DNA of 64,000 nt from a virus, in IMG/VR virus record IMGVR_UViG_3300042562_002450, positions 32,001-96,000 of that record, one strand, 5' to 3'. Positions 26,656 to 35,790 of the stretch are shown piece after piece (positions within the stretch are counted from its first letter, which is position 1; each line of letters begins with the position of its first letter). The notes under the pieces were generated by a model. The model saw nothing but the letters and a program-made list of their open reading frames with translations. It had not been told where the DNA came from and made no database searches. A program made the position numbers and the translations under genes.

Positions 26656-26829
26656 AATTCAGATGTATGGTTCAGACCGTCCACTAGATTTTATTCATAT
26701 TAGTCACATGAAAATACTTCTATGATTCTGGATTAGGTATCAGTTACTCTTAGGAATGACTAATCCTTTGGCTCGATAGCAGATATTAGATACCCACGCG
26801 AGCGTCTGTAATAGAGCACTTTCAATTTT

Positions 26830-26906
26830 GGTCCCAGGGTCTGCTTGGTGAAGACGCCGGCCTGTCACGCTGGAGATGCCCGGTTCGAATCCGGGTGGGA
26901 CCGCCA
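26830..26906 (+). tRNA. tRNA-Asp(GUC), non-canonical core
   Basis: Acceptor GGTCCCA/TGGGACC, anticodon arm CCGGC-CTGTCAC-GCTGG, TTCGAAT, CCA; G8, G14, C15-G48. Confidence 0.9.
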
Positions 26907-26922
26907 TTTTTTAAAGGTATTA

Positions 26923-27132
26923 ATGAAACACATAGATGGTAAAGTTAGAATCCTTCACACTGAAGGAGCAGATGTAATTCTTAAAACTGATTCAGGTTTT
27001 AAATTTCCAGTTCCACTTAATGTTATCATTGGTCTTTTAGATAAAGGCTATGAAGCAATTACTTACAAGAGCTATATAAGAAAAGAATTAATTAAATTAA
27101 ATGTTTTTACCCCACCAGCAGATTTAGTATAA
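26923..27132 (+). CDS. Hypothetical protein (start corrected from track)
   Basis: AAGG RBS and ATG 26923; the track start lies inside tRNA-Asp. Confidence 0.65.
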   Translation: MKHIDGKVRILHTEGADVILKTDSGFKFPVPLNVIIGLLDKGYEAITYKSYIRKELIKLNVFTPPADLV

Positions 27133-27162
27133 TCTAAATCAAATAAAAAAAAAGGACTAGAA

Positions 27163-28032
27163 ATGAAAAAGACTTTATGTCTATTGCTATTGCTATGTAG
27201 TATGTTTGCTTTCGGAACTACAAAGCAAGTAGATGTCATCTACGGAAAAGATAACAGAAAAGATCTCTATGAAGTTACATCAGAGTTATATCTTGAGCTA
27301 GCAAGAAGCACAGCAGGAATGATCTCTCATAGTGCAATTCAACCATTAGCTAATGAGACTTACAAGATTTCAGGAGATCCACTTACTTCTCGTGGTATCT
27401 GTGCTAAAGAAAAATTCTCAAATCAAATCTCAGCTGCTAACTGCTCTGGTTTTTTAGTTGGAGAAGACCTCCTTGCTACTGCTGGTCATTGTATTAGAAA
27501 TGCTACAGACTGTGCATCTTATTCTTGGGTCTTTGATTATGCTTTAACTAGTTCCTCTCAAAAAGAAATTACAGTTCCAAAGAGTAGTATCTACAAATGC
27601 AAAGAAGTCATTAGAACAATTGTGAATCCAACAGATATGATGGATTATGCATTAATTAGACTAGATCGAAAAGCTACAAATCGAAAGCCACTTGAATTTA
27701 GAAAAGCAGGTAGCCCAAAAGTTGGAGACAATCTAGTTGTTATTGGATGCCCTACTGGTATACCCCTTAAAGTTGCAGATGCTGCAAAAGTAAGATCTTT
27801 AAAAGGAACCCACTTTGTTACAAACCTAGATACTTATGGTGGCAATTCTGGTTCTCCTGTCTTCAATGCTGATACTGGTTTAGTAGAAGGCATTTTGGTT
27901 CGTGGTGAAACAGACTACGTTAGAGACCCTTCTGGTTGTGCAGTCTCAAATGTTTGTGCAGATACAGGATGTCGCGGTGAAGATGTAAGCTATTCAAATG
28001 ATCTTAAGAATTTAATTAAGAATACAAAGTAA
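27163..28032 (+). CDS. Secreted trypsin-like serine protease (S1)
   Basis: Signal peptide; TAGHC, DYALI, GNSGSPV catalytic triad; VIYGKDNR N-terminus. Confidence 0.92.
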   Translation: MKKTLCLLLLLCSMFAFGTTKQVDVIYGKDNRKDLYEVTSELYLELARSTAGMISHSAIQPLANETYKISGDPLTSRGICAKEKFSNQISAANCSGFLVGEDLLATAGHCIRNATDCASYSWVFDYALTSSSQKEITVPKSSIYKCKEVIRTIVNPTDMMDYALIRLDRKATNRKPLEFRKAGSPKVGDNLVVIGCPTGIPLKVADAAKVRSLKGTHFVTNLDTYGGNSGSPVFNADTGLVEGILVRGETDYVRDPSGCAVSNVCADTGCRGEDVSYSNDLKNLIKNTK

Positions 28033-28041
28033 AGAGGCTAT

Positions 28042-28740
28042 ATGTTAAATGAAAATGACTTAGAAATAGAAATCAATAATGCTTTTAATAGTAAAGAAAA
28101 CCTCAGACCTAAAGTCGAGTCTATGTTTGCTATGCAAGATGCATTAAATACTCTAATTGATCCTGATTGGACTTCTCATCAACATTGGGACTTTCAACGT
28201 GCGACTATGGTTGAACTTGTAGAGCTAATGGATCATTATGGTTATAAGTGGTGGAAGAAACAAGAACCTAACTTAGAGCAATGTAAGTTAGAAATTATCG
28301 ATATTGCTCACTTTCATATTTCTTATCTTATTCAGAAATCAATAAGAGAAGGAAATCAATATGACTTTTGTGTTGATGACTTTTTAAGTAAACTTACACC
28401 TATTCAGTATGAAATTAATCCTGAAGTTGTTCGTAGTGTTATTGATGAAGCGGTTTACTTTGCTTCGGTTAAAGAGTTTAGTACAGAAGTCTTAGCTCTT
28501 CTTATGAATGTCTTTGAAATTACGCCTGAAGTATTATGTAATCATTACATTGTAAAGAATACATTAAATATTTTTAGAGCCAAAAATGGATATAAATCAG
28601 GAAGCTATATTAAGACATGGAATGGTAAAGAAGATAATGAAGTATTGCTAGAAGTTTATTCAACAACGAATCAATCTTCTTCAACTCTTGCTGATGATCT
28701 TTATTCTAAACTTGAGGAAGCTTACAAAGAAGTAGCATAA
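28042..28740 (+). CDS. dut: Dimeric all-alpha dUTPase
   Basis: ELVELMD..YKWWKKQ, EIIDIAHF, KNTLNIFR..NGYK.GSYIKTWNG.EDNE. Confidence 0.9.
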   Translation: MLNENDLEIEINNAFNSKENLRPKVESMFAMQDALNTLIDPDWTSHQHWDFQRATMVELVELMDHYGYKWWKKQEPNLEQCKLEIIDIAHFHISYLIQKSIREGNQYDFCVDDFLSKLTPIQYEINPEVVRSVIDEAVYFASVKEFSTEVLALLMNVFEITPEVLCNHYIVKNTLNIFRAKNGYKSGSYIKTWNGKEDNEVLLEVYSTTNQSSSTLADDLYSKLEEAYKEVA

Positions 28741-28742
28741 GT

Positions 28743-29318
28743 ATGTTCTATCTTTTAGATAATCTTTTCAATAAAGAAGAAGCAAGTGTAATAATAAAAG
28801 AACATTGTGGAGAAGGGAACATTGGGAATAATGAAATCCTAACTTCACAAATTATTTTAAATACTCCACTTGATATTTTGTTAAAGAAACTTAATATTCA
28901 TTTTAAGGATTTAAAATCTGATATTAAAAGAGAGATGTACTACGATAAAGTAATAGCAATAAAGAATCCAAATACAGAAGGGCAAACTCACCCTATGCAT
29001 TTTGATCAATCTGTTAGTCTATATCCTAATGAAGTAGCACTCTCTGCTTTTGTATCTTTAGTCTACTTATCGGGTAGCGAAGACTTTAAGGGTGGACAAC
29101 TCTATTTTCCTTTTCAAAAAAAGATTATAGAACCAGAGGTAGGAAGGATGATTACTTTCCCATCTGGACCACTTTACCCTCATAAGATTTTACCTTTTCA
29201 AGGAAATCCAAGATATCTATTAAGGATCTTTCACATCTTTAATTCTGAACTAGAAATTGATGATAGAGAAGATCTAACAACTGCACTACAAATTAAACAA
29301 GAGAAAAAAGAATTATGA
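28743..29318 (+). CDS. 2OG-Fe(II) oxygenase (prolyl-hydroxylase-like)
   Basis: HFD, LVYL..DF.GG.LYF, PE.GRMITFP, distal H, RY. Confidence 0.85.
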   Translation: MFYLLDNLFNKEEASVIIKEHCGEGNIGNNEILTSQIILNTPLDILLKKLNIHFKDLKSDIKREMYYDKVIAIKNPNTEGQTHPMHFDQSVSLYPNEVALSAFVSLVYLSGSEDFKGGQLYFPFQKKIIEPEVGRMITFPSGPLYPHKILPFQGNPRYLLRIFHIFNSELEIDDREDLTTALQIKQEKKEL

Positions 29319-29581
29319 AAAATCTAATTATTGCCTTTATTGCCTTTGTTGCTTTTAGTACTTACGCAAGCACAGCAGCAATTCCAGTTCAGTGTCGAAT
29401 GAATCTAAGATACGGTGGTATCTTTTATGTTCAATGTCCACGAACAATGGTAGCTCAGGGAACTGACATCTGGATTAGTCCAGGTCCATATCCTAATGCT
29501 CAAGTAAGAGTGCAATGTGCAATACCTGAAATTGTTTGTAATGATTTAACTAAAAAAGATTTGCAAAACAAAAGAAACTAG
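29315..29581 (+). CDS. Small secreted Cys-containing protein
   Basis: Signal peptide MKNLIIAFIAFVAFSTYA; four Cys. Confidence 0.7.
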   Translation: MKNLIIAFIAFVAFSTYASTAAIPVQCRMNLRYGGIFYVQCPRTMVAQGTDIWISPGPYPNAQVRVQCAIPEIVCNDLTKKDLQNKRN

Positions 29582-29704
29582 TTTAATATATTCTTTATGA
29601 ACAAATCACATACACAATCGCAGATCTATTCGGATAATACTGATTATCAATCTGGGGTAAAGTTGTTTGTTTAGAACTAGAATATAAAACAAAAAACTAA
29701 CAAG

Positions 29705-29733
29705 AACCCAGAATAAAATCTGGGTTTTTTTTT
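29705..29733 (+). terminator. Rho-independent terminator
   Basis: AACCCAGA-ATAAAA-TCTGGGTT then T run. Confidence 0.8.
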
Positions 29734-29742
29734 GCTTAAAGC

Positions 29743-29832
29743 GGAAGATTGGCCGAGTGGTTTAAGGCAGCAGTTTTGAAAACTGCCATCGGTGAAAGCC
29801 GGTCCTGGGTTCAAATCCTAGATCTTCCGCCA
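29743..29832 (+). tRNA. tRNA-Ser(UGA)
   Basis: Acceptor GGAAGAT/ATCTTCC, anticodon arm GCAGT-TTTGAAA-ACTGC, long variable arm, G73, CCA. Confidence 0.95.
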
Positions 29833-29870
29833 TTGTTTAACTTGTCACATATGATTAATTAAGGCTGTTT

Positions 29871-30086
29871 TTGGCTTTAACTTGTCATATATGCTTAATT
29901 AATAAAGGTATTATGATTAGATTTCAAAAGATTAAAGACAAGGATAATGAGTTTGATAATACCGATGTTTTAATAGAAACAATATCTATAACTGTAACTG
30001 ACCTTTTAGAAGACTTTAAGCATTTTTTAAATGCTTGTGGTTATATTATTAATGGGACTTTAGTAGTTGAACCAGATGAAGAATAA
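29871..30086 (+). CDS. Hypothetical protein (likely start ATG 29914)
   Basis: AAGG RBS before MIRFQK. Confidence 0.55.
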   Translation: MALTCHICLINKGIMIRFQKIKDKDNEFDNTDVLIETISITVTDLLEDFKHFLNACGYIINGTLVVEPDEE

Positions 30087-30173
30087 ATAAAAACAAGGAA
30101 TAAATTATGTTTATAAATTGTAAAAGTTGGAGAACAGGTGTTGATTAAGTAACTTATTACTTAGGAGACAGAC

Positions 30174-30725
30174 ATGTGGATCAACACAGAAGATTACTGC
30201 AGTGATAAGCAGTATAAAAAAATTCAAGAAACTTGGATCAAACATTACCAAGCTGAATTAGAGAAGAGATCCTATTACGAATCTTCTCATGTTCGCTTTG
30301 TAAGAATTCAAGAGTTATATTTTGATGGCAGAATGCGTAAGCGTCTTGAGCTAATGGATTTTAAACAATTCCAAAAGCGGCTGACAAGAAATGAATACAA
30401 CTATTATTACTATAAACGTTGGAATCATAATTGCTTACGTAACCACATTAAATATAATGTACATGGTAGAAAACATCCGGTTGATTATTCTGAAAAGAAA
30501 ATTTTAACGGAAGATCAAATTGCAAAACGTGAGTGGCGCAATAAAGTTAAAGATCCTAGAGATCAGAAGTTTCCGAAGAACTATCGTGGAGCTGTTTCAG
30601 CTTTTAAGCATGACACAAGAAGACTACATAGAGCTTTTGAAAAGCACTGTTTGGTAAATAACCAAGTTGACAAGCTTCATCAACGCACTTGGAAACAAAT
30701 GGCTGATTGGTGGAGTTATGATTAA
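30174..30725 (+). CDS. Basic hypothetical protein
   Basis: 183 aa, AGGAG RBS. Confidence 0.7.
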   Translation: MWINTEDYCSDKQYKKIQETWIKHYQAELEKRSYYESSHVRFVRIQELYFDGRMRKRLELMDFKQFQKRLTRNEYNYYYYKRWNHNCLRNHIKYNVHGRKHPVDYSEKKILTEDQIAKREWRNKVKDPRDQKFPKNYRGAVSAFKHDTRRLHRAFEKHCLVNNQVDKLHQRTWKQMADWWSYD

Positions 30726-30812
30726 TAAAAAGATAGTGTCACCTACGACGAGCCTCATCTTAGTGGCCGTGCCTAGTGGTGAGTGAGGGGACGCTGCAGC
30801 GAACATATAAAT

Positions 30813-30890
30813 AGGGGTATCGGCAAGTTGGCTTAAGCCAGTGGATTTTGATTCCACGATTCGGTGGTTCAAATCCATCTACCCCTACCA
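30813..30890 (+). tRNA. tRNA-Gln(UUG)
   Basis: Acceptor AGGGGTA/TACCCCT, anticodon arm GTGGA-TTTTGAT-TCCAC, TTCAAAT, CCA. Confidence 0.93.
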
Positions 30891-30892
30891 AT

Positions 30893-30978
30893 GGTGTGGT
30901 ATGCAAGTGGTTAAAGCGCGCAGACTGTAAATCTGTTCTCTTCGGGGTTCGTAGGTTCAAATCCTACCCGCACCACCA
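30893..30978 (+). tRNA. tRNA-Tyr(GUA)
   Basis: Acceptor GGTGTGG/CCGCACC, anticodon arm GCAGA-CTGTAAA-TCTGT, long variable arm, CCA. Confidence 0.95.
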
Positions 30979-30998
30979 TTCTCTAAAGGAGATAAGTT

Positions 30999-31343
30999 AT
31001 GTTGAAACAAGAATATATTTACAATGCTTTAATTACAAATGTTGTAGACGGTGATACAGTGGATCTAATGGTCGACTTGGGCTTCGGGACATATCGACAA
31101 GACAGATTTAGATTAGCAAGAATCAATACTGCTGAATTAAACTCTAAAATTGAAGATGAAAAAAAGCTTGCACAAGATGCTAAGAATTGGATGATGGCTT
31201 TTCTTAATCAGAAAGTTATATTTAAAAGTATGAGAAAAGATAAGTATGGAAGATACTTAGCTGAATTATATTTACCAGATCAAACAGTATCTCTTAATCA
31301 AAGACTTATTGATAGTGGACTAGCTCAATTATATATAGGCTAA
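30999..31343 (+). CDS. Thermonuclease (SNase-like)
   Basis: VVDGDT, RLARINTAE, DKYGRYLA motifs. Confidence 0.88.
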   Translation: MLKQEYIYNALITNVVDGDTVDLMVDLGFGTYRQDRFRLARINTAELNSKIEDEKKLAQDAKNWMMAFLNQKVIFKSMRKDKYGRYLAELYLPDQTVSLNQRLIDSGLAQLYIG

Positions 31344-31394
31344 CAGGGCGCAGGCTCAAAACCTGTATATCCGAACATTTTATAAAAGGAAAGT

Positions 31395-32042
31395 ATGAGC
31401 GAAAAATTAGTTATCAAAGTTAATAAACAGGATGGATTCAGTGATGAGCAATTTAAAAAATACTTAAATGCTATTGAGCTAACTCAGAAAGTTATTAATG
31501 CAAAACGCTTTGAAGAAAAGCTAATGAAATTAAAACTTACTAATACTAATGGATTAACAAATGAAGAAATTTTTAGTAAAATGAGATCAGGTGCTGAAAA
31601 TCTTGATCCTGTAGTGGATAATGAGGTTGATGTTTTTATAACTATGTATTATAAAAATAACAGTACTGTTGGATATACATTTCCTTCAGTTAAGGATACG
31701 TGGGTTAATAGCAAGTTCTTTAACTCATATGAGCCTGCTGATATAGGTTGTAACTTGATTCATGAATGGTTACATAAGCTTGGGTTCGATCATGCTTCTG
31801 CCAAGGAACATACAAGTGTTCCTTACGCAGTAGGGTATTTGGTTGAAGAGTGCATTAGAGAAATGGAGAAAAGTCCTCATCTTTATGATGATGAAATTTC
31901 GCCTCCAGTTTCTAGTCCAGAGACTAAGCCATTACCTACTCCTCTTCCTGAACCTGTGCCAGAACCTGAACAAGTTAAGAAGAAAGTATGTAAAAGATTA
32001 TGGTATACATTTTGGTTAAAAGAAGTTTGTTGGTTTGAATAG
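31395..32042 (+). CDS. Zincin-type metalloprotease-like protein with Pro/Glu-rich linker
   Basis: HEWLHKLGFDH (HExxH...H). Confidence 0.7.
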   Translation: MSEKLVIKVNKQDGFSDEQFKKYLNAIELTQKVINAKRFEEKLMKLKLTNTNGLTNEEIFSKMRSGAENLDPVVDNEVDVFITMYYKNNSTVGYTFPSVKDTWVNSKFFNSYEPADIGCNLIHEWLHKLGFDHASAKEHTSVPYAVGYLVEECIREMEKSPHLYDDEISPPVSSPETKPLPTPLPEPVPEPEQVKKKVCKRLWYTFWLKEVCWFE

Positions 32043-32139
32043 ACAATACGTGTGCATGTAGTCGCTGAAACGAGAAAACGGAAACACTACATTGACAGCC
32101 TGGAAAGACAGGCATTACTTAATATTTAATTGAGAAAAT

Positions 32140-32688
32140 ATGACAAATCAAAATCTTCCTCCTTTACAAATATATGTTCACAATAGTTTTTTATTTGAAA
32201 ACGGAACTGGTACATCAGAAGGTACTTTAATAGGTGTTCGATCTTTAATGAATCAAGCATTTCAATTTACAGTACTAATGTCAGATGGAGCTCTATATAC
32301 TGGATTACCGATTAATGCATTAACTAGAAAAAAAGAAAACAACACTATACTTCCTATACAAGAAGCACAAGCCTATGATTGTATTGGCTCAAGTATTGAA
32401 GTAATTACTTTTGATGTTTTAAGATACATGAAATGTAAGTTGAAAACTTTTTTTAATATTTTGCATAATTGTTATTACTTATTTACGATTGATTTTATTG
32501 ATGAGAATGGCTTAGCAAGGCATCCCGTTCAATGGAAACAATTTCATGTATTAGAGAATACAGATGGTAATCTTATGTGTTATCCTCAGTACAGAATACA
32601 ATTTAAAGATGGTGCCTTTTGTTTTGACTCGGACAAAGACTTGCCTCGTTATAAATATAATGAAACTATTCATTTAGCTGAAACTTAA
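32140..32688 (+). CDS. Conserved phage hypothetical protein
   Basis: 182 aa; DGALYTGLPINAL pattern. Confidence 0.7.
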   Translation: MTNQNLPPLQIYVHNSFLFENGTGTSEGTLIGVRSLMNQAFQFTVLMSDGALYTGLPINALTRKKENNTILPIQEAQAYDCIGSSIEVITFDVLRYMKCKLKTFFNILHNCYYLFTIDFIDENGLARHPVQWKQFHVLENTDGNLMCYPQYRIQFKDGAFCFDSDKDLPRYKYNETIHLAET

Positions 32689-32710
32689 TTAAAAAAATAT
32701 ACAATTAGCT

Positions 32711-32989
32711 TTGATATTTTCTTTAAGGAGAAACATGAGTCTTTGGACTAGAATGTATTGTGATAACTGCCAGTTTGTTTTAATGCACTGTCAGTGCGAA
32801 AAGGAAGAGCAAGTGAAACTCTCAGATCGATTTAACTCATACAGTATTGGTAATTATAATCTTGGTCTACAATTAGCTCTACGTAACCTTTTTGAAAAAA
32901 AAGATTTTACAATAAGATACATTCAACTAATTTTTAAATTACTAGGAACACAATTTAAATTTGAATTTAAATTTGCTAATTCGATTTAG
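32711..32989 (+). CDS. Hypothetical protein (likely start ATG 32736)
   Basis: AAGGAG RBS; CDNC..HCQC. Confidence 0.6.
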   Translation: MIFSLRRNMSLWTRMYCDNCQFVLMHCQCEKEEQVKLSDRFNSYSIGNYNLGLQLALRNLFEKKDFTIRYIQLIFKLLGTQFKFEFKFANSI

Positions 32990-33449
32990 GTATTCTTGAA
33001 AATAGTTCTTTAAGATAATAATCCCTATGCTGCTCATATTGAGGAAAGGTGTAGGGGTGCATTATACTTTTAGGCCTAACGAAAATGAAATCTCCTATCA
33101 TAGTATCATCATGCTCTAGGTCAAACATGCAATGGCCAAGCTCATGAATGATTGTCGATTCTCTCTGATAAGGGGTAGCATTATCCCAATAGGTTTTATC
33201 TATAAGAATAAACCTAAGAAACCTAGGCCCTTTAAAAAAATAACACACCCCTAACGTCCTATAACCCTCTTCTTTTTGAGGGATATCAACAATATCTATT
33301 GGTATATCTACTTTCTGATTAAAAGTTTCTTCAAAAACTTTAATGGAATTATTTAAAGGTGAACCATATTCCTTGCAAGTACCGCAACTAAACAGTAAAA
33401 AGATTAATAAGAATATGATTATATTATTACTCATAACTAATTTTATCAT
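32976..33449 (-). CDS. Lipoprotein zinc metalloprotease-like
   Basis: Lipobox-like LFSC; HELGHCMFDLEH. Confidence 0.75.
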   Translation of the reverse strand: MIKLVMSNNIIIFLLIFLLFSCGTCKEYGSPLNNSIKVFEETFNQKVDIPIDIVDIPQKEEGYRTLGVCYFFKGPRFLRFILIDKTYWDNATPYQRESTIIHELGHCMFDLEHDDTMIGDFIFVRPKSIMHPYTFPQYEQHRDYYLKELFSRIPKSN

Positions 33450-33619
33450 GATTTTTAAAAATACATGGTTTTTGAAACTAATATTTACTAACAGCTAAAG
33501 TCAAGATCTAAAAGTATAACTTCTATTGAAATATTTGCTATACAAAGATAATTAAAGATATTAATATTACCAGATATAAATCAATATTTTATAATAATAA
33601 TACGGAGTTAGAAAATAAA

Positions 33620-34021
33620 ATGAGCAAAGAACTTTTTCACCAGCATTTACTTATCAGAGCATTTGTTAATAATCCACCAGTAGAAGAGACTATTCTTAAT
33701 CAGTGGATGACAGAGCTAGTTGCTGACATTGGAATGAAAGTGGTAGTTCCTGCCAAATCTAAGTACGTAGACGCAGTAGGCAATGAAGGACTTACTGGTT
33801 CTATTAATATTGAAACATCCCATATGGCTATTCATATCTGGTCTAAACAAGAGCCTGCGCGAATTGAAATGGATGTCTACTCTTGCGCTTGTTTTGAAGA
33901 AAAAACTATTCTTAAAAAACTTGATGAGTGGGGATTGATTAAATTTCATTCAATGATGATTGATAGGAATGGAGAAGAGTTTAAAGTTATATCTCAATCA
34001 GATGGATACCAAACGCCTTAA
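33620..34021 (+). CDS. speD: S-adenosylmethionine decarboxylase proenzyme
   Basis: GLTG...ETSHMAIHIW, DVYSC motifs. Confidence 0.8.
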   Translation: MSKELFHQHLLIRAFVNNPPVEETILNQWMTELVADIGMKVVVPAKSKYVDAVGNEGLTGSINIETSHMAIHIWSKQEPARIEMDVYSCACFEEKTILKKLDEWGLIKFHSMMIDRNGEEFKVISQSDGYQTP

Positions 34022-34026
34022 GTTAA

Positions 34027-34767
34027 ATGAAAGATCCATATCTTAATATAATCCCAAATATTTATTTAGTTAGAGAAACTAAAGAAATTAAAAAAATAAG
34101 AAATGAGTACATTTTAACTAAAAGAAATTCCTTTACTAAGAAAGAAATATTAGAAAAAATAGTAAATACTACATATAATAGAAAATGGCCAAATGGCAAA
34201 ATTCATAGCTTATCTAAAAATGGTGAATACGTATCTCACTCAGTTACTCCATACGCTAAAGATTTCCTAGATAACATTGAAGATGGAATTAAGCCATTAG
34301 TTATAGCACTTAAAGATAAAGGATACTTATCCATAAGCAGTTGTGAAGGCCACAACCTTTGGGATCGTCGTTTTGTTGTATTGATTTTTCCAAGTAAAAA
34401 AGAAGCTATAAGCTTTCAGAACAAAATGCCTTTTAATGTTACATCTGAAATCAAGCATCATACAGAATTTCTGAATACTAGACTAAGTGTTGATGGATAT
34501 GGTCAGATACTGAATGCCGAAAAGAAAGAATTTAAAAAAGATCCAAATGAAAGTCTAGACTATATTAATACTTTTACTAAAAGAAATTATGCTGACGCAT
34601 GGTTTCTTGAGTTAATCATTATTGATAAGATAGAATATACAGATGGATTTTGGAAGTATATCAAAAACATTAAATATATATTATTTAGAAAGTTTTTTTT
34701 AAAGTTTTATACTAAATGCATTACTGACTATGTGCTATCAGACTCTATGCCAAGTAATATTTATTAA
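34027..34767 (+). CDS. Hypothetical protein with SSCEGH motif
   Basis: IKPLVIALKDKGY..ISSCEGH. Confidence 0.65.
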   Translation: MKDPYLNIIPNIYLVRETKEIKKIRNEYILTKRNSFTKKEILEKIVNTTYNRKWPNGKIHSLSKNGEYVSHSVTPYAKDFLDNIEDGIKPLVIALKDKGYLSISSCEGHNLWDRRFVVLIFPSKKEAISFQNKMPFNVTSEIKHHTEFLNTRLSVDGYGQILNAEKKEFKKDPNESLDYINTFTKRNYADAWFLELIIIDKIEYTDGFWKYIKNIKYILFRKFFLKFYTKCITDYVLSDSMPSNIY

Positions 34768-34898
34768 CAAGCAGAGATAGAAATTGAACCAATGCGAAAA
34801 AGACCTACGTGATTTATTAAAAAAATTAAATCAAATATTATCACTAGAAAGTATCGACGACAAAACATCTGATGCAATAACTGAAACTATGCTAAAAT

Positions 34899-35624
34899 GT
34901 GAGGACATTTTATGGGCAGCAAGAAAGCTATCCAAACCAGCATAGAGGTTTTGTGTCTACCAAATTTTACTATAAGTTCTTATTTTGGCTAGTAAGTACA
35001 AGATTGTATCTTTGGGCAATGAAAAAGGTAATCCCCTTTATTCGTTTTACAACATACTATGCAATTCCAGAAAATAAAAAGTTTGCTCAATGGGGACCAT
35101 TAGAGCGTAAGGGCTATGCACGTCTTCAGCCTGGTGATCTTGTCTTTACTATTGATAAGATGAAGTTTTCATCAATGGTAATTGGCAGAGCAACAGCAAA
35201 ACTAGGACATAAGAAACCTCTTTTTACACCTAGTCACATAGCCTTGTGTGTCGCTAAGGGATCTGAATTTGAGATTGCAGAGATGACACATAATGACTTT
35301 ACTAGATCTACATGGGAAGATGTAACTAGAGGTTCTACTAGAGTTGTTATCGGAAGAATAGATAATTGGGACAAGGAATATATCACAGATGTAGTCATTC
35401 CAACAACACTTTCCTTTAGTGGTAAGAAGTACGATGATCGTTTTTTAATGGGAGAAGATTCTCTTGCCTGTTCTGAGCTTCCTTATTTTGCAGATAAAGA
35501 AAGAAGAGCAAAAGTTAACTTAGAACCAATTATTGGAACCGAACCATACATAACTCCAGTTGGCTGGATTCTTGCAGACAATATAGAATTTATTTGGGAT
35601 TCAAATGCTGAGCTTAATAACTAA
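34899..35624 (+). CDS. Permuted papain-like (YiiX/NlpC-P60) enzyme
   Basis: LQPGDLVF, SHIAL, KYD..F, LACSEL (His before Cys). Confidence 0.75.
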   Translation: MRTFYGQQESYPNQHRGFVSTKFYYKFLFWLVSTRLYLWAMKKVIPFIRFTTYYAIPENKKFAQWGPLERKGYARLQPGDLVFTIDKMKFSSMVIGRATAKLGHKKPLFTPSHIALCVAKGSEFEIAEMTHNDFTRSTWEDVTRGSTRVVIGRIDNWDKEYITDVVIPTTLSFSGKKYDDRFLMGEDSLACSELPYFADKERRAKVNLEPIIGTEPYITPVGWILADNIEFIWDSNAELNN

Positions 35625-35781
35625 ATCATTAAATGATATAAGACAACTTCTAGTAGGGATTCGGAATTCAGCATATGGATTGTTCCTTGGTATTGGATTA
35701 CAAACTATTAGTTTGATCTTTCATATATTAAAGAATACATTTGAACTTGGATTTAAACTTTATAAAGTAATAATGAAATAG
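35605..35781 (+). CDS. 58 aa hydrophobic peptide, holin candidate
   Basis: Hand-translated; hydrophobic AYGLFLGIGLQTISLIFHIL; directly upstream of lysozyme-like gene. Confidence 0.35.
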   Translation: MLSLITKSLNDIRQLLVGIRNSAYGLFLGIGLQTISLIFHILKNTFELGFKLYKVIMK

Positions 35782-35790
35782 GATATTGAT

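Noticed and set aside
26845-26922. N-terminal extension of the 26845-27132 ORF
   Set aside because: Lies inside tRNA-Asp; better RBS and ATG at 26923.
30785-30805. SAH riboswitch suggested by GAGGGGACGCTGC
   Set aside because: Only a partial word match; the downstream helices are absent and the next feature is a tRNA.
30624-31054. Track ORFs 30624-30878, 30760-30960 and 30848-31054
   Set aside because: They overlap tRNA-Gln and tRNA-Tyr and are typical tRNA shadow ORFs.
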